The notes under the pieces were generated by a model that saw only the letters and a program-made list of their open reading frames with translations, was not told the origin of the DNA and made no database searches. Source: a virus (lineage: Duplodnaviria > Caudoviricetes). Taken from it: a DNA stretch of 27,226 bases. The translations under genes were made by a program, and so were the position numbers. Below are positions 18,421 through 26,772 of the stretch, in pieces (positions within the stretch are counted from its first letter, which is position 1; every line of letters begins with the position of its first letter). Location of the stretch: the IMG/VR virus record IMGVR_UViG_3300025860_000072, positions 1 to 27,226 of that record. The stretch is one strand, 5' to 3'.

Positions 18421-18807
18421 TTAGGGTTTATTTACTGCGGCTGCTTCAACTGATTCGTCGTAAGCTTCCTGTAAATTTTTAAGTTCTTCACTAGCAATAG
18501 TGCCCTTTTGAATAAACTCAGTTAGGAATGTACGTAGGTTTGCAATGCCACGTAGATCTTCTACAGCACCTTCAAAACCTTTAGGTGTTAGTTTACCTGA
18601 AGCCATCAAAGAACCTAAACGGTGTGGTTCCTGTACCATGTAAAGATCCATGATAATTAGTTTAAACTCAGGTGATTCAGTTAACTTACGTGAAGCGTCT
18701 GAGAGTTTGATGAGGTGCTCACAAGCTGCCTTATGTTCTTCATATTCTTCGAAGGTCATTGCAGTAGGTTGAGCTTCCTGTCCTCCATCGTCATATAGTG
18801 TGGTCAT
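18421..18807 (-). CDS. N4 gp58-like protein (128 aa; start moved to ATG at 18807)
   Basis: SD GAAAGGA (18823-18817) lies upstream of ATG 18807, not of the GTG at 18840; KLTESPEFKLIIMDLY motif; located between portal and gp57. Confidence 0.8.
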   Translation of the reverse strand: MTTLYDDGGQEAQPTAMTFEEYEEHKAACEHLIKLSDASRKLTESPEFKLIIMDLYMVQEPHRLGSLMASGKLTPKGFEGAVEDLRGIANLRTFLTEFIQKGTIASEELKNLQEAYDESVEAAAVNKP

Positions 18808-18854
18808 CAGAGTATATCCTTTCAAGATAGTTGATTTCACGGTTTATGGTTTAG

Positions 18855-21164
18855 TTATTGTGGTAAAGCAAGGGGTTCCTGTGGAACATCTGGTAGAAAA
18901 TCAGCTTGTGGTTGCGCTGCAGGTTGAGCATCAATAGCCGGAATCTGTTCAGGTACTGCGTCATCACCTCGATTAGACAACTCATTGAAGCCAACTGCAG
19001 CAGAAATTAGACCACTAGGAGTCTCACCACCCAAAATACCTTTGGTCACTTCAAGATCTTGGTTCCCACGGGCCTGTGCAGCAGAGGCTTCGATACCTCG
19101 TTTGTGGTTTTCACCAGTCAAGTTCTGTTGAGTTTCCATACCAATCTTCTCAGCTTCAGCAACAGTCTTAGCAACTTTGGCTTTTTCAAGATCCAATTCA
19201 GCTTGTGCCTGCTCAATAGCAATCTCTGCAAGACGAACTTGTTGTGGATCTGGCTCTGGGCGATATGCCCGGATCTTTTCAGCCAGGTGTGGCATACGTT
19301 TAAGATCTGCAATCTCAGACAGAATAACTGCATTCATACCTGGATCTGCATTTGGGCCTTGTGTCTGTAGGATGAAACCAAGGTCTTGAGCTTTAGCTTC
19401 ATCGGCAGCAGCGGTAGATATGGCAACTTTCATGTCGAACTTACCTTCAAGTTCATCACGACGTACAGTTACAAACTCTTCATCTGTTACTCGAACAACT
19501 TCTTCATCTGTTAAGAACTTCTGATTCATTGAGATGATTTTTTCACCAATATGTTTCATACCTTCAGCTAAACGACGAAGAATACTAATCTCACGTTGAC
19601 CAGCTGCATCTAGGGCACCATTAATACCACGAGCGACTGAACCAAATGCATCACCGGTTATACCTCCTGCAAAAGATTTAACTCCGGAAAGCCCTTCAGC
19701 TTCAGCATTCTGAAGTTGGGACATTTGTAGAGCCGATGTAGGGATCTCTGAGTAGGTCATCTGTTGTACAGCAACTTTAGGGTCAGAGTTTGGATTGTAT
19801 TCAAAATCTTCACCAGATGTGAAGCGTCGTTTATTAACTGGATCTAAGAAACCTTTGGCATACCCTGTTTGTCCATTGGCAGAACGACCTAGTAAATCAA
19901 TCATACCTCGACTAACTGCACCCAACACGCGTTGGTTGTCTTGCAGGATCGAAGCATCAGCCTCACCAAAAGCAGATTCTAGGATCGGCATGTACGGAAC
20001 AACTACAAATGGGGCCTTACGATCAGGAAAAGGATTCTCAGTCATCTGGATGATTGTATCACCAATGAATGAAACCAAAATAGGAACCATTTCACCGTCA
20101 CCGTGAATATCAAATAGACCCCAGTATTCATACACCAAGATTTTCTGTTTATCTGTATTTACTCGTGTATCTGCTTCTGGAGTATTTGAAGTGTGATCCG
20201 GGTCACCGAGTTTAGATTTAACAGCATTTGCACGCCATTGGACTTTATCCAAGTTTTTAAAAGACTTACGTTTTCTGATATCAGATTCGGTTGCCTCGTA
20301 GGTATAGATCATAAATTGCGCATCTTCCCATACTCCATCACATGATGGATCAATGAAGAAGTTACGTATATTAATTATACGGATAGACGGTTGGTTGACT
20401 GTAATCTTGTTCTCATAGCCTTGTTCAGTTCCAGTCTCTTCTGCAGTAACTGGAGTACCATTTTCAATAGTGTATTCTACGGCAGCCTGAATATCTTCAG
20501 GTAAATTATAAAACCGAGGATCCTCATTCTGAAGTAATTCCCCTGCAGCCTGTAGAGAGGCCAGTAATTCTTCATTTTCAGGATTGATTTCAGAGTAGGA
20601 GTACACAGGTGCATCCACCAATACCTTTTCAACCTTACGTTCCCAACCTACACGAAGAACGCATGTACCTTCATCAACAGTTGTGCGCACATACCGGTCA
20701 ATGAAAGACACTTTACTTAACTTAGTATCAAACTGCCAGTTCAGTAGAAGTTGGTTTTGTCGTGTTGCTGCAACATCTGCTGCGGTACGTGGCTTCAACT
20801 CATACATACGATCAGTATCTAAAAATGGTTCTGATAATGCAGGGTAACGCCATTCGTTATGTTTACGGATAAGTTTGGGCTGAACTTTCGAACGCCCAAC
20901 CTTGTTTGTTTTATTCCCGGATTCTTTGCCTGTGGCATTACGAAGAGCTAACCACCCATCAACATTGGCTGCCTGATCTTTGTTTTCTGGACGAGCAAAT
21001 TCAAGATCCCCTTTTAAATCTTGTATGGAAGGTTCTTTACTCCACTTAGTTAGACGATCTTCAGGAGCCACATCCAATTTCTCTGGATCCGTAGGCAACT
21101 CGCTACCACTCTCATTTTTATGGTCTATGGTATCATTGGTTATTACATTAGAACTGTGCGCCAT
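18855..21164 (-). CDS. Portal protein, N4 gp59-like (769 aa)
   Basis: LTKWSKEPSIQDLKGDL, GRSKVQPKLIRKHNEWRYPALSEPFL, YEYWG, ENPFPD, RGMIDLLGRSANGQ motifs; C-terminal coiled-coil barrel; SD AGGAG. Confidence 0.95.
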   Translation of the reverse strand: MAHSSNVITNDTIDHKNESGSELPTDPEKLDVAPEDRLTKWSKEPSIQDLKGDLEFARPENKDQAANVDGWLALRNATGKESGNKTNKVGRSKVQPKLIRKHNEWRYPALSEPFLDTDRMYELKPRTAADVAATRQNQLLLNWQFDTKLSKVSFIDRYVRTTVDEGTCVLRVGWERKVEKVLVDAPVYSYSEINPENEELLASLQAAGELLQNEDPRFYNLPEDIQAAVEYTIENGTPVTAEETGTEQGYENKITVNQPSIRIINIRNFFIDPSCDGVWEDAQFMIYTYEATESDIRKRKSFKNLDKVQWRANAVKSKLGDPDHTSNTPEADTRVNTDKQKILVYEYWGLFDIHGDGEMVPILVSFIGDTIIQMTENPFPDRKAPFVVVPYMPILESAFGEADASILQDNQRVLGAVSRGMIDLLGRSANGQTGYAKGFLDPVNKRRFTSGEDFEYNPNSDPKVAVQQMTYSEIPTSALQMSQLQNAEAEGLSGVKSFAGGITGDAFGSVARGINGALDAAGQREISILRRLAEGMKHIGEKIISMNQKFLTDEEVVRVTDEEFVTVRRDELEGKFDMKVAISTAAADEAKAQDLGFILQTQGPNADPGMNAVILSEIADLKRMPHLAEKIRAYRPEPDPQQVRLAEIAIEQAQAELDLEKAKVAKTVAEAEKIGMETQQNLTGENHKRGIEASAAQARGNQDLEVTKGILGGETPSGLISAAVGFNELSNRGDDAVPEQIPAIDAQPAAQPQADFLPDVPQEPLALPQ

Positions 21165-21182
21165 TACGGAACTCCTACTTAT

Positions 21183-21464
21183 TTATGAGCCAGATACAAC
21201 ATCTGTTACTTTATTGTAAGCATCAACTGCAACTTGTTTTTCACCTGCGCACTCTATTAGAGCATCTCCGAGACGTCCCATACGTATTTCATCTGAACCA
21301 ACAGAAGAACCTCTGACCGCTTTTATTACAGACAGGGGGTGAGGACAGGGTTCCGAAATATTGGAAGGTAGTCGATCAGGGCGTACCCCATCGCCGCTGA
21401 AGCCGAAACACCCCGTCAGGGCCAACACCAGGGTTGTCATTAGTAGCGAGTGTTTCAAGTTCAT
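21183..21464 (-). CDS. Rz1: Outer-membrane spanin lipoprotein (o-spanin)
   Basis: Signal peptide with lipobox LTGC; Pro-rich segment and two further Cys (PCPHP, LIECA); overlaps the 3' end of Rz in another frame. Confidence 0.88.
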   Translation of the reverse strand: MNLKHSLLMTTLVLALTGCFGFSGDGVRPDRLPSNISEPCPHPLSVIKAVRGSSVGSDEIRMGRLGDALIECAGEKQVAVDAYNKVTDVVSGS

Positions 21465-21696
21465 AGACTAGATCCTCTTTTTCGGTTTTTAATGTCTCAA
21501 GTTTGGCTGCCTGTTTAGCAACAACTTTACCTAAGTCAAATAGTTCCTCTTGAGTTTCAAGCCTGACTTTCTCAACTTTAGCGTAGGCGTACTTCTTACC
21601 ATGACTAAAACCAAAGAAAAATGTACCTGTGAGGAGTACTAGAACAACACTCCCCATGATTAAATGGCCTTGGATTCCTGTAAATAATTTGAACAT
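21376..21696 (-). CDS. Rz: Inner-membrane spanin (i-spanin)
   Basis: Single N-terminal transmembrane segment followed by a coiled coil; TAATG coupling to the endolysin stop; overlaps Rz1. Confidence 0.88.
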   Translation of the reverse strand: MFKLFTGIQGHLIMGSVVLVLLTGTFFFGFSHGKKYAYAKVEKVRLETQEELFDLGKVVAKQAAKLETLKTEKEDLVYELETLATNDNPGVGPDGVFRLQRRWGTP

Positions 21697-22391
21697 TACA
21701 TAAACTTCTCTACCATACGATTACGAAGAAATTCTCCTACAGCTTCGGCAGACAAGTATTTTTTAAGATCGTCAGGCAATACTCGGATATCCCATTTACC
21801 ACGTTGTCGTATACCCAATGTAGGTTGAACTTCAGCATGAGTAAGACATGTCCACTTAGAGACACGGATATCGAAAAGACGGCAATACTCAGCAGAGCGT
21901 TCCAACATACCATCTATACCAGACATTGTAATTGGTGACTTACCTGCATTAACCATATTACCATTAACAGTCGCAGCTGCCATACAAGCGACTGATAGGC
22001 CAATTGCCCCGGTGTTAGCGTTGAGAGTGTGAGATACACCTACCCGACCAGGTATGTAAAAAGCTTGCTGCTGTGCTGGTGCAATACCATCATAATGGTT
22101 TCCCTCCTTATCAAACACATCGTTGTAATGTTTTAATGTGAATGGGGAAACAGTATATGAGCCAGCTGTCCAATGCCAATGAATTCTTGTAATTCCCGAA
22201 GGGTCAAACAAATCTTCTTTATGTTCAGCGTTCAAACCAGTACTAAAGTTGGCTAGTGCTTGGTGGATGGCGTTTCGAGTAGCAGGCCCATTCATACCAT
22301 CAACAGTCAAAGGTTTATCTAAAATGTTAAAAGAGTTGATACGGATTTGATAATCTCGAACAGAGCGAGGAAAGGCATGAACGTTTGACAT
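21696..22391 (-). CDS. Endolysin: Zn-dependent N-acetylmuramoyl-L-alanine amidase (Amidase_2-like) with N-terminal peptidoglycan-binding motif
   Basis: LTVDGMNGPATRNAI (DGxxGxxT binding motif); RIHWHWTAG, SHTLNANTGAIG and LTHAEVQPTLGIRQRGKWDI amidase motifs; located in the lysis cassette. Confidence 0.9.
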   Translation of the reverse strand: MSNVHAFPRSVRDYQIRINSFNILDKPLTVDGMNGPATRNAIHQALANFSTGLNAEHKEDLFDPSGITRIHWHWTAGSYTVSPFTLKHYNDVFDKEGNHYDGIAPAQQQAFYIPGRVGVSHTLNANTGAIGLSVACMAAATVNGNMVNAGKSPITMSGIDGMLERSAEYCRLFDIRVSKWTCLTHAEVQPTLGIRQRGKWDIRVLPDDLKKYLSAEAVGEFLRNRMVEKFM

Positions 22392-22392
22392 A

Positions 22393-22980
22393 TTATTCTC
22401 CTAATGATTTCCATAATCCTTGAGCAAATAAGTTACGCTCAAACTGCAATATAGGCACACCTGTCATAATATCTATATATGGTTTACCTGTAGTTTTGTT
22501 GGTGATAGGGCACCAATGTCCTGCGTATATTTCCCAATTATCCGGGGTTGGTTGGTCATCCTGGTATGTGATTAACCATGGCCCCCAATATTCTACACTC
22601 TCTGATGGTGGCCTGTTTACGCCCACCCCAGAAAAACTCTCTTCTGTGTTTACGTTAACAGTGGTACGTCGCTTTGGTGCATCATCAAATAACACATAAG
22701 CAATAAGACCTTGTCCCTGTGTATCAAAGGTACATCTGCGTTTACGTAGTTCACCTAAGATTACAGCACCTGAAGGTAGGATGTCTATTCTGTGTACTAC
22801 TACGTTTGTAAATGGGGTGAGCATGAATATATCTCGATACATACGAGATTCTGTTAATTTAGGGGATTGTATAATTACGTTCTGAATAATAAATAGTAAC
22901 GCTAAACCTAAAGTAAAAGTTCTACGAAATCGATATCCAGGTTTATAAGTTAGATCACCCATTTGCACTAACCTCACCAT
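22393..22980 (-). CDS. Membrane-anchored protein with predicted periplasmic domain, in lysis cassette (possible antiholin or lysis regulator)
   Basis: Basic RFRR then hydrophobic TFTLGLALLFIIQNVII; two Cys (RRCTF, HWCP); lies between holin and endolysin. Function is inferred from position only. Confidence 0.6.
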   Translation of the reverse strand: MVRLVQMGDLTYKPGYRFRRTFTLGLALLFIIQNVIIQSPKLTESRMYRDIFMLTPFTNVVVHRIDILPSGAVILGELRKRRCTFDTQGQGLIAYVLFDDAPKRRTTVNVNTEESFSGVGVNRPPSESVEYWGPWLITYQDDQPTPDNWEIYAGHWCPITNKTTGKPYIDIMTGVPILQFERNLFAQGLWKSLGE

Positions 22981-23380
22981 CTTTCAGATCTTTGTGTTGT
23001 TTAGCTAAAACCTCGGTACGGTACTTAAACTTGTCCATGATATACCGGATAAGTAATATACCCAGCAATCCCATCATGAACGCACCAGTAGTACCAGCTT
23101 CATCTGAAATCTTAATACCTATCATACTTTCCATAAGTCCTAATGCAAATGGGCCTAAGTATTTAGCACATATTCCACCCATAATTATTGAACCTACACC
23201 AGTTTTCCAATGTTCACGTTCAGAGTACCAACGAACAGCACCCCCCGCCATACCTGCAAAAACTACAGACACTGTAGGGTCATTATACATAAGTTGTACA
23301 ATTGATCCTATAATTATAACGGTAGAGGTTGTGTTGTCTATGACAACGTTTGGTTCAACAACTTGTAGTTTTGTTAGCAT
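22955..23380 (-). CDS. Putative holin (141 aa, 3-4 hydrophobic segments)
   Basis: Hydrophobic segments with a charged C-terminal tail; first gene of the lysis cassette; TAATG coupling to the upstream gene. Confidence 0.75.
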   Translation of the reverse strand: MLTKLQVVEPNVVIDNTTSTVIIIGSIVQLMYNDPTVSVVFAGMAGGAVRWYSEREHWKTGVGSIIMGGICAKYLGPFALGLMESMIGIKISDEAGTTGAFMMGLLGILLIRYIMDKFKYRTEVLAKQHKDLKDGEVSANG

Positions 23381-24054
23381 TACACGAAACCTCTGTCCTC
23401 GAAGCGGGTGTCCTCTTGTACTTCAGACACGCTGCTATTGTTTTTTGCTTCATCCTCGCCAATGTGTCGTAAGTAGGTTGCAAAGTAAGCATCGCCTTTG
23501 GCCGTATGTTCTGCCCCATTCATATGGGAAAAATAAAGAGATGCAACGAATAGTTGTAATGCTATCTCCAAATTAGGTGGTAAATTAATATTCTCTGTGT
23601 CTGTGATAGGTAGATGTTTTGACTGATACCGGATTCGCACCTTCGGATTCAGAAGTAACATACTATCTGTTGAAAATCGTAAGCTATTAAAATTAGGCGT
23701 CATTATGTGCCCATTGGTGTCATGTGCATGTGTACGTCCATCCTCTGCGATCACATCCAACACCTTCACAAAATCAGTCTCAACAAATGCGACGTTATCA
23801 ACCACTTCAAGATAATCACCCACACCGGCATCAGTGAGTGGGTAGAGTTGTTTACTTGTTTGAAATGTGAGATCCATCATAGCCGTAACCAGAGGGAATT
23901 TAGTAGAGAGATCTACCAACCCTTGGTTTGTAAGACTAAGAATTGTCTTAACATAATCGGGGTTCAATGCACCTAGATTAGAATTATCTACAGCGGCTGT
24001 ACTTTTCAATTGCCCCATAGCTAGGCGTGAAGAAAATTGTGTAAATGTCATCAT
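23380..24054 (-). CDS. N4 gp67-like virion protein (head-to-tail adaptor), 224 aa
   Basis: NQGLVDLSTKFPL, RIRYQSKH, INLPPNLEIALQLFVAS and terminal DTRFEDRGFV motifs; directly downstream of the terminase. Confidence 0.88.
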   Translation of the reverse strand: MMTFTQFSSRLAMGQLKSTAAVDNSNLGALNPDYVKTILSLTNQGLVDLSTKFPLVTAMMDLTFQTSKQLYPLTDAGVGDYLEVVDNVAFVETDFVKVLDVIAEDGRTHAHDTNGHIMTPNFNSLRFSTDSMLLLNPKVRIRYQSKHLPITDTENINLPPNLEIALQLFVASLYFSHMNGAEHTAKGDAYFATYLRHIGEDEAKNNSSVSEVQEDTRFEDRGFV

Positions 24055-24082
24055 AGTAGGATCCGATCATAATTTGAGAAGC

Positions 24083-25723
24083 TTAAACCACATAAGATCC
24101 AAAAGATCCATCATCAATCTCTTCTGCGTGTAAATCATCTTTACCCCATACATGCTCATTTCGAGGCACAGAATCGTCTCCCTCAATTGGCACATCTAAC
24201 CCGTATGGTTTCCATGGATTCATGTTCTGAAGCATAGAGATTGTATCAAGAGAGTCATCTTTCCCTTTAATACCATCTTTAGTAGCCAAAGCAATCTGCT
24301 CCATCATAATACCAAGAACTTTACTGTTTTTCATCTCTTTAGCAAAGAATATCTTCTCCGCTTTAAACAGTGGAACCACAAGATTAAGCCTGGCTAATTT
24401 GTCTACAACTGGACGAATGCCAGGCTTTCCTTTTTCCCCAGCCAAATTAAAATAAGTATCCCGGTTCTGCATCTCCATCTGAATCCACTGAATAAACCCA
24501 CCTTGTTGACCTGAGATCTCTACACCAACGCTCTGAGGGGCGTATTCATCAACAAAATTAAACAAATCTTTCATAGTTAAATCCATGGTTTGTCGATCAC
24601 ATATACCGTCTACCCAGATCCAGTTACCCATGTAATCGTATGCCCATACAGAAATAACTGAGTAATCAGCAGTCTGTTTAGAAGATGTTGCAAAGTCAGT
24701 TGTAATGTAAAAATTGTACAGATGTTTATTTCGTAGAATGTCAGAACGACTTTTCCAATAAATATCCCCTTCTTGGATTAGCCGGCTCTCATCTGAAGTA
24801 ATACGAAGCATTAGCTCCTGTCTGAAGTTATTTAACTTACCGGTTCTGACAGCTGCATCATACTGATCTTTGACATACGAGTATGCAAAACGATCTTCCC
24901 AGGCGCCACGAAACTCCTCTTCAGTACAGGGAAACTTCTCACATATTGGCCAAACGTTTACCTGCCAGGCGCCGGATTCAATTGCTTCGTACACAATATC
25001 CTCTTTGTTGAAAGGAGTACCATTTAGAATCATCTTCCAACGTGTAGGATCCAAAGCAAAGGCGACACCTGAGTACACGGTGGCTTTAATCGCTTCCATG
25101 GCAGTCTTTGATTTACTATCAGCATCTGAAACCAAGTCATCCATGACAGCGAGTACGGGTCGTTTACCAAATATCTTCGTACCACGAATACCAGATTTAG
25201 CACCGAACATCTTAACTCCAAGTTGGCCGCCTGCTCTATTTTTAAATTCTAAGTAGTTTTCTGTGAACTTAGCTTCAGGAACCCAATACTGCATGAACTC
25301 TGACCGGTTATACCGGGTTTCTATGCTATTACGTGCAGATTTCACACCATTGTCCATGGAATCAGAAATATACAACATCCCGGTTACTTCACCAAAGTTG
25401 GGTAACTCCCCAAACACAGCAAGAAACATAACCAAGTATTCCATCATAAGTGTGGTTTTTGCAGTACCGCGAGCACATAGGTTTGCTGTTCTCGGTTCTT
25501 TGGTTGCAATTTTATCCAACATGGCCAAATGCATAACAGGAGTTTTGTTGTCTTCTCCAATATCCCCATTAACCAACTTGATGAAATTCATGAACTTTAG
25601 TGAAAACTCTGACGGCACATATTTACCATCATTTAGTTTATCAAAGTCAATCTCGTTGAGAAAATCATCAACGGTCTTCTGGGTTATGTAATCTTCCATG
25701 AATTCATCAGCTGTTTGGGTCAT
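24083..25723 (-). CDS. terL: Terminase large subunit, N4 gp68-like (546 aa)
   Basis: Walker A-like CARGTAKTT, Walker B LAVMDD, coupling motif GTP, nuclease motifs YITTDFA and KDDSLDTISML. Confidence 0.96.
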   Translation of the reverse strand: MTQTADEFMEDYITQKTVDDFLNEIDFDKLNDGKYVPSEFSLKFMNFIKLVNGDIGEDNKTPVMHLAMLDKIATKEPRTANLCARGTAKTTLMMEYLVMFLAVFGELPNFGEVTGMLYISDSMDNGVKSARNSIETRYNRSEFMQYWVPEAKFTENYLEFKNRAGGQLGVKMFGAKSGIRGTKIFGKRPVLAVMDDLVSDADSKSKTAMEAIKATVYSGVAFALDPTRWKMILNGTPFNKEDIVYEAIESGAWQVNVWPICEKFPCTEEEFRGAWEDRFAYSYVKDQYDAAVRTGKLNNFRQELMLRITSDESRLIQEGDIYWKSRSDILRNKHLYNFYITTDFATSSKQTADYSVISVWAYDYMGNWIWVDGICDRQTMDLTMKDLFNFVDEYAPQSVGVEISGQQGGFIQWIQMEMQNRDTYFNLAGEKGKPGIRPVVDKLARLNLVVPLFKAEKIFFAKEMKNSKVLGIMMEQIALATKDGIKGKDDSLDTISMLQNMNPWKPYGLDVPIEGDDSVPRNEHVWGKDDLHAEEIDDGSFGSYVV

Positions 25724-26400
25724 GCTGGGGTAACATTTTTCATAGGCATTTGAGCAATATCATTTGTGGTTGTATCAGGGTCGTGCTCAATAGCTTGAAG
25801 TTGCTTCTTACCTAATTCTCGTAGGTTATGTTCTAGGGCAGCCATACCATCGGTAACAGCAATCTCAATTTTTAATTCTGCTTTATTCTCTTCAGGACGC
25901 TTCAGATGGGTCAACAATGAGTTAGCAGCATCACATCGTACTTTATCACTCACAGACGGATCAACCATAAGATCGTGTTGGGTATTCAATGCCTTCTGAA
26001 AGAACTCTTGGTTCATGAGCCAAGTAGGAACATATGCCCGTTCCATTACTTTAGTGACTAACTGTCCCTTATTGTAGGCAGACACAATAGAGGAGATGTC
26101 TTTCTCTGGTTTATTAATCTTAACCATATTGGCATAACGGTCAGGGAATGTGGCAATATATGATTTCAGGTTAGATTTACCCATCATCTTGTGGGACACA
26201 TACATAACCGCAGATACATAATCCCCTACTTTAAATCGACCCTCTTGCAGTACCTTAGAAAATGTAATGAAGTTATCACGCATATTACGCGCTTCTTCAG
26301 GATCTGAAGATAACGCATTAAGCTGATTTACCATATCTTGTGTCATAGTATTTCGATTAGCTACTGGTAGCGATTCTCGAACTTGCCCTAGTGTCAGCAT
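25720..26400 (-). CDS. N4 gp69-like protein, probable terminase small subunit (226 aa)
   Basis: RDNFITFSKVLQEGRFK..DYVSAV.YVSHKMMG, TFPDRY and SDKVRCDAANSLLTHLKRP motifs; ATGA overlap with terL. Confidence 0.85.
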   Translation of the reverse strand: MLTLGQVRESLPVANRNTMTQDMVNQLNALSSDPEEARNMRDNFITFSKVLQEGRFKVGDYVSAVMYVSHKMMGKSNLKSYIATFPDRYANMVKINKPEKDISSIVSAYNKGQLVTKVMERAYVPTWLMNQEFFQKALNTQHDLMVDPSVSDKVRCDAANSLLTHLKRPEENKAELKIEIAVTDGMAALEHNLRELGKKQLQAIEHDPDTTTNDIAQMPMKNVTPA

Positions 26401-26431
26401 TGCCTACTTCCTTCCGTGGTTGCACAAACTG

Positions 26432-26462
26432 CGTATAAACCAAGAAACAGAAAAGATGCAAG
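26432..26462 (-). promoter_or_regulatory. Candidate sigma70-type late promoter upstream of the gp69-like gene
   Basis: Minus strand TTGCAT-N18-TATACG about 30 nt upstream of the start codon; the -10 element is non-consensus. Confidence 0.35.
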
Positions 26463-26538
26463 ATTTTACTTTACAGTCAGTAGTCTACCTTCTACGTTAA
26501 ACGTACATGAAATAACCTAATGGTGATCTATATCTCTT

Positions 26539-26570
26539 AAAAGGCTCCCTCTTCCACGGGGGCTTTTTTT
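26539..26570 (+). terminator. Rho-independent terminator, plus strand
   Basis: GGCTCCC (26543-26549) pairs with GGGGGCT (26558-26564) using two G-U pairs that form only on the plus strand; T7 run at 26564-26570. Confidence 0.7.
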
Positions 26571-26584
26571 GTGGTTCCCTGTCA

Positions 26585-26731
26585 AGAATACTATTCTGCC
26601 TACTCATGAAAAAAAGAATAATATTCTACATTTTAACCAAAAACACCCCAATATCGCCCATATTAGTTTTCTACTGTAGCTTTTTGTAGGGGTATTTTCC
26701 TCATATAAACTAATAAAGAGAATATTATTCT
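26585..26731. repeat. Three copies of the 13-bp palindrome AGAATAnTATTCT
   Basis: Copies at 26585-26597 (n=C), 26615-26627 (n=A) and 26719-26731 (n=T). Confidence 0.9.
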
Positions 26732-26742
26732 GTTTCAAAAAC

Positions 26743-26772
26743 TTGACAGCCCATCCTCAAATTCTGTAGATC
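26743..26772 (+). promoter_or_regulatory. Candidate sigma70-type promoter firing rightwards into the non-coding region
   Basis: Perfect TTGACA at 26743-26748 preceded by an A-tract; TAGATC 18 nt downstream. Confidence 0.4.

Noticed and set aside
18808-18840. N-terminal extension MKSTILKGYTL of the gp58-like ORF
   Set aside because: The strong SD lies inside this extension and points to ATG 18807.
9134-25691. Plus-strand ORFs and alternate-frame minus ORFs overlapping the structural, lysis and terminase genes (e.g. 22992-23576, 15167-15583, 25263-25691)
   Set aside because: They lie within well-supported genes and show no recognisable motifs. Only the Rz/Rz1 overlap has independent support (lipobox).
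24083-25723. Intein or intron in the terminase (also considered for portal and vRNAP)
   Set aside because: The frames are continuous, terminase and portal have ordinary lengths, and no intein splice-junction or LAGLIDADG/HNH motifs were seen.
1-26400. Alternative genetic code (stop-codon reassignment)
   Set aside because: All genes are full length and tightly packed under the standard bacterial code, and TAA, TAG and TGA each serve as a stop.
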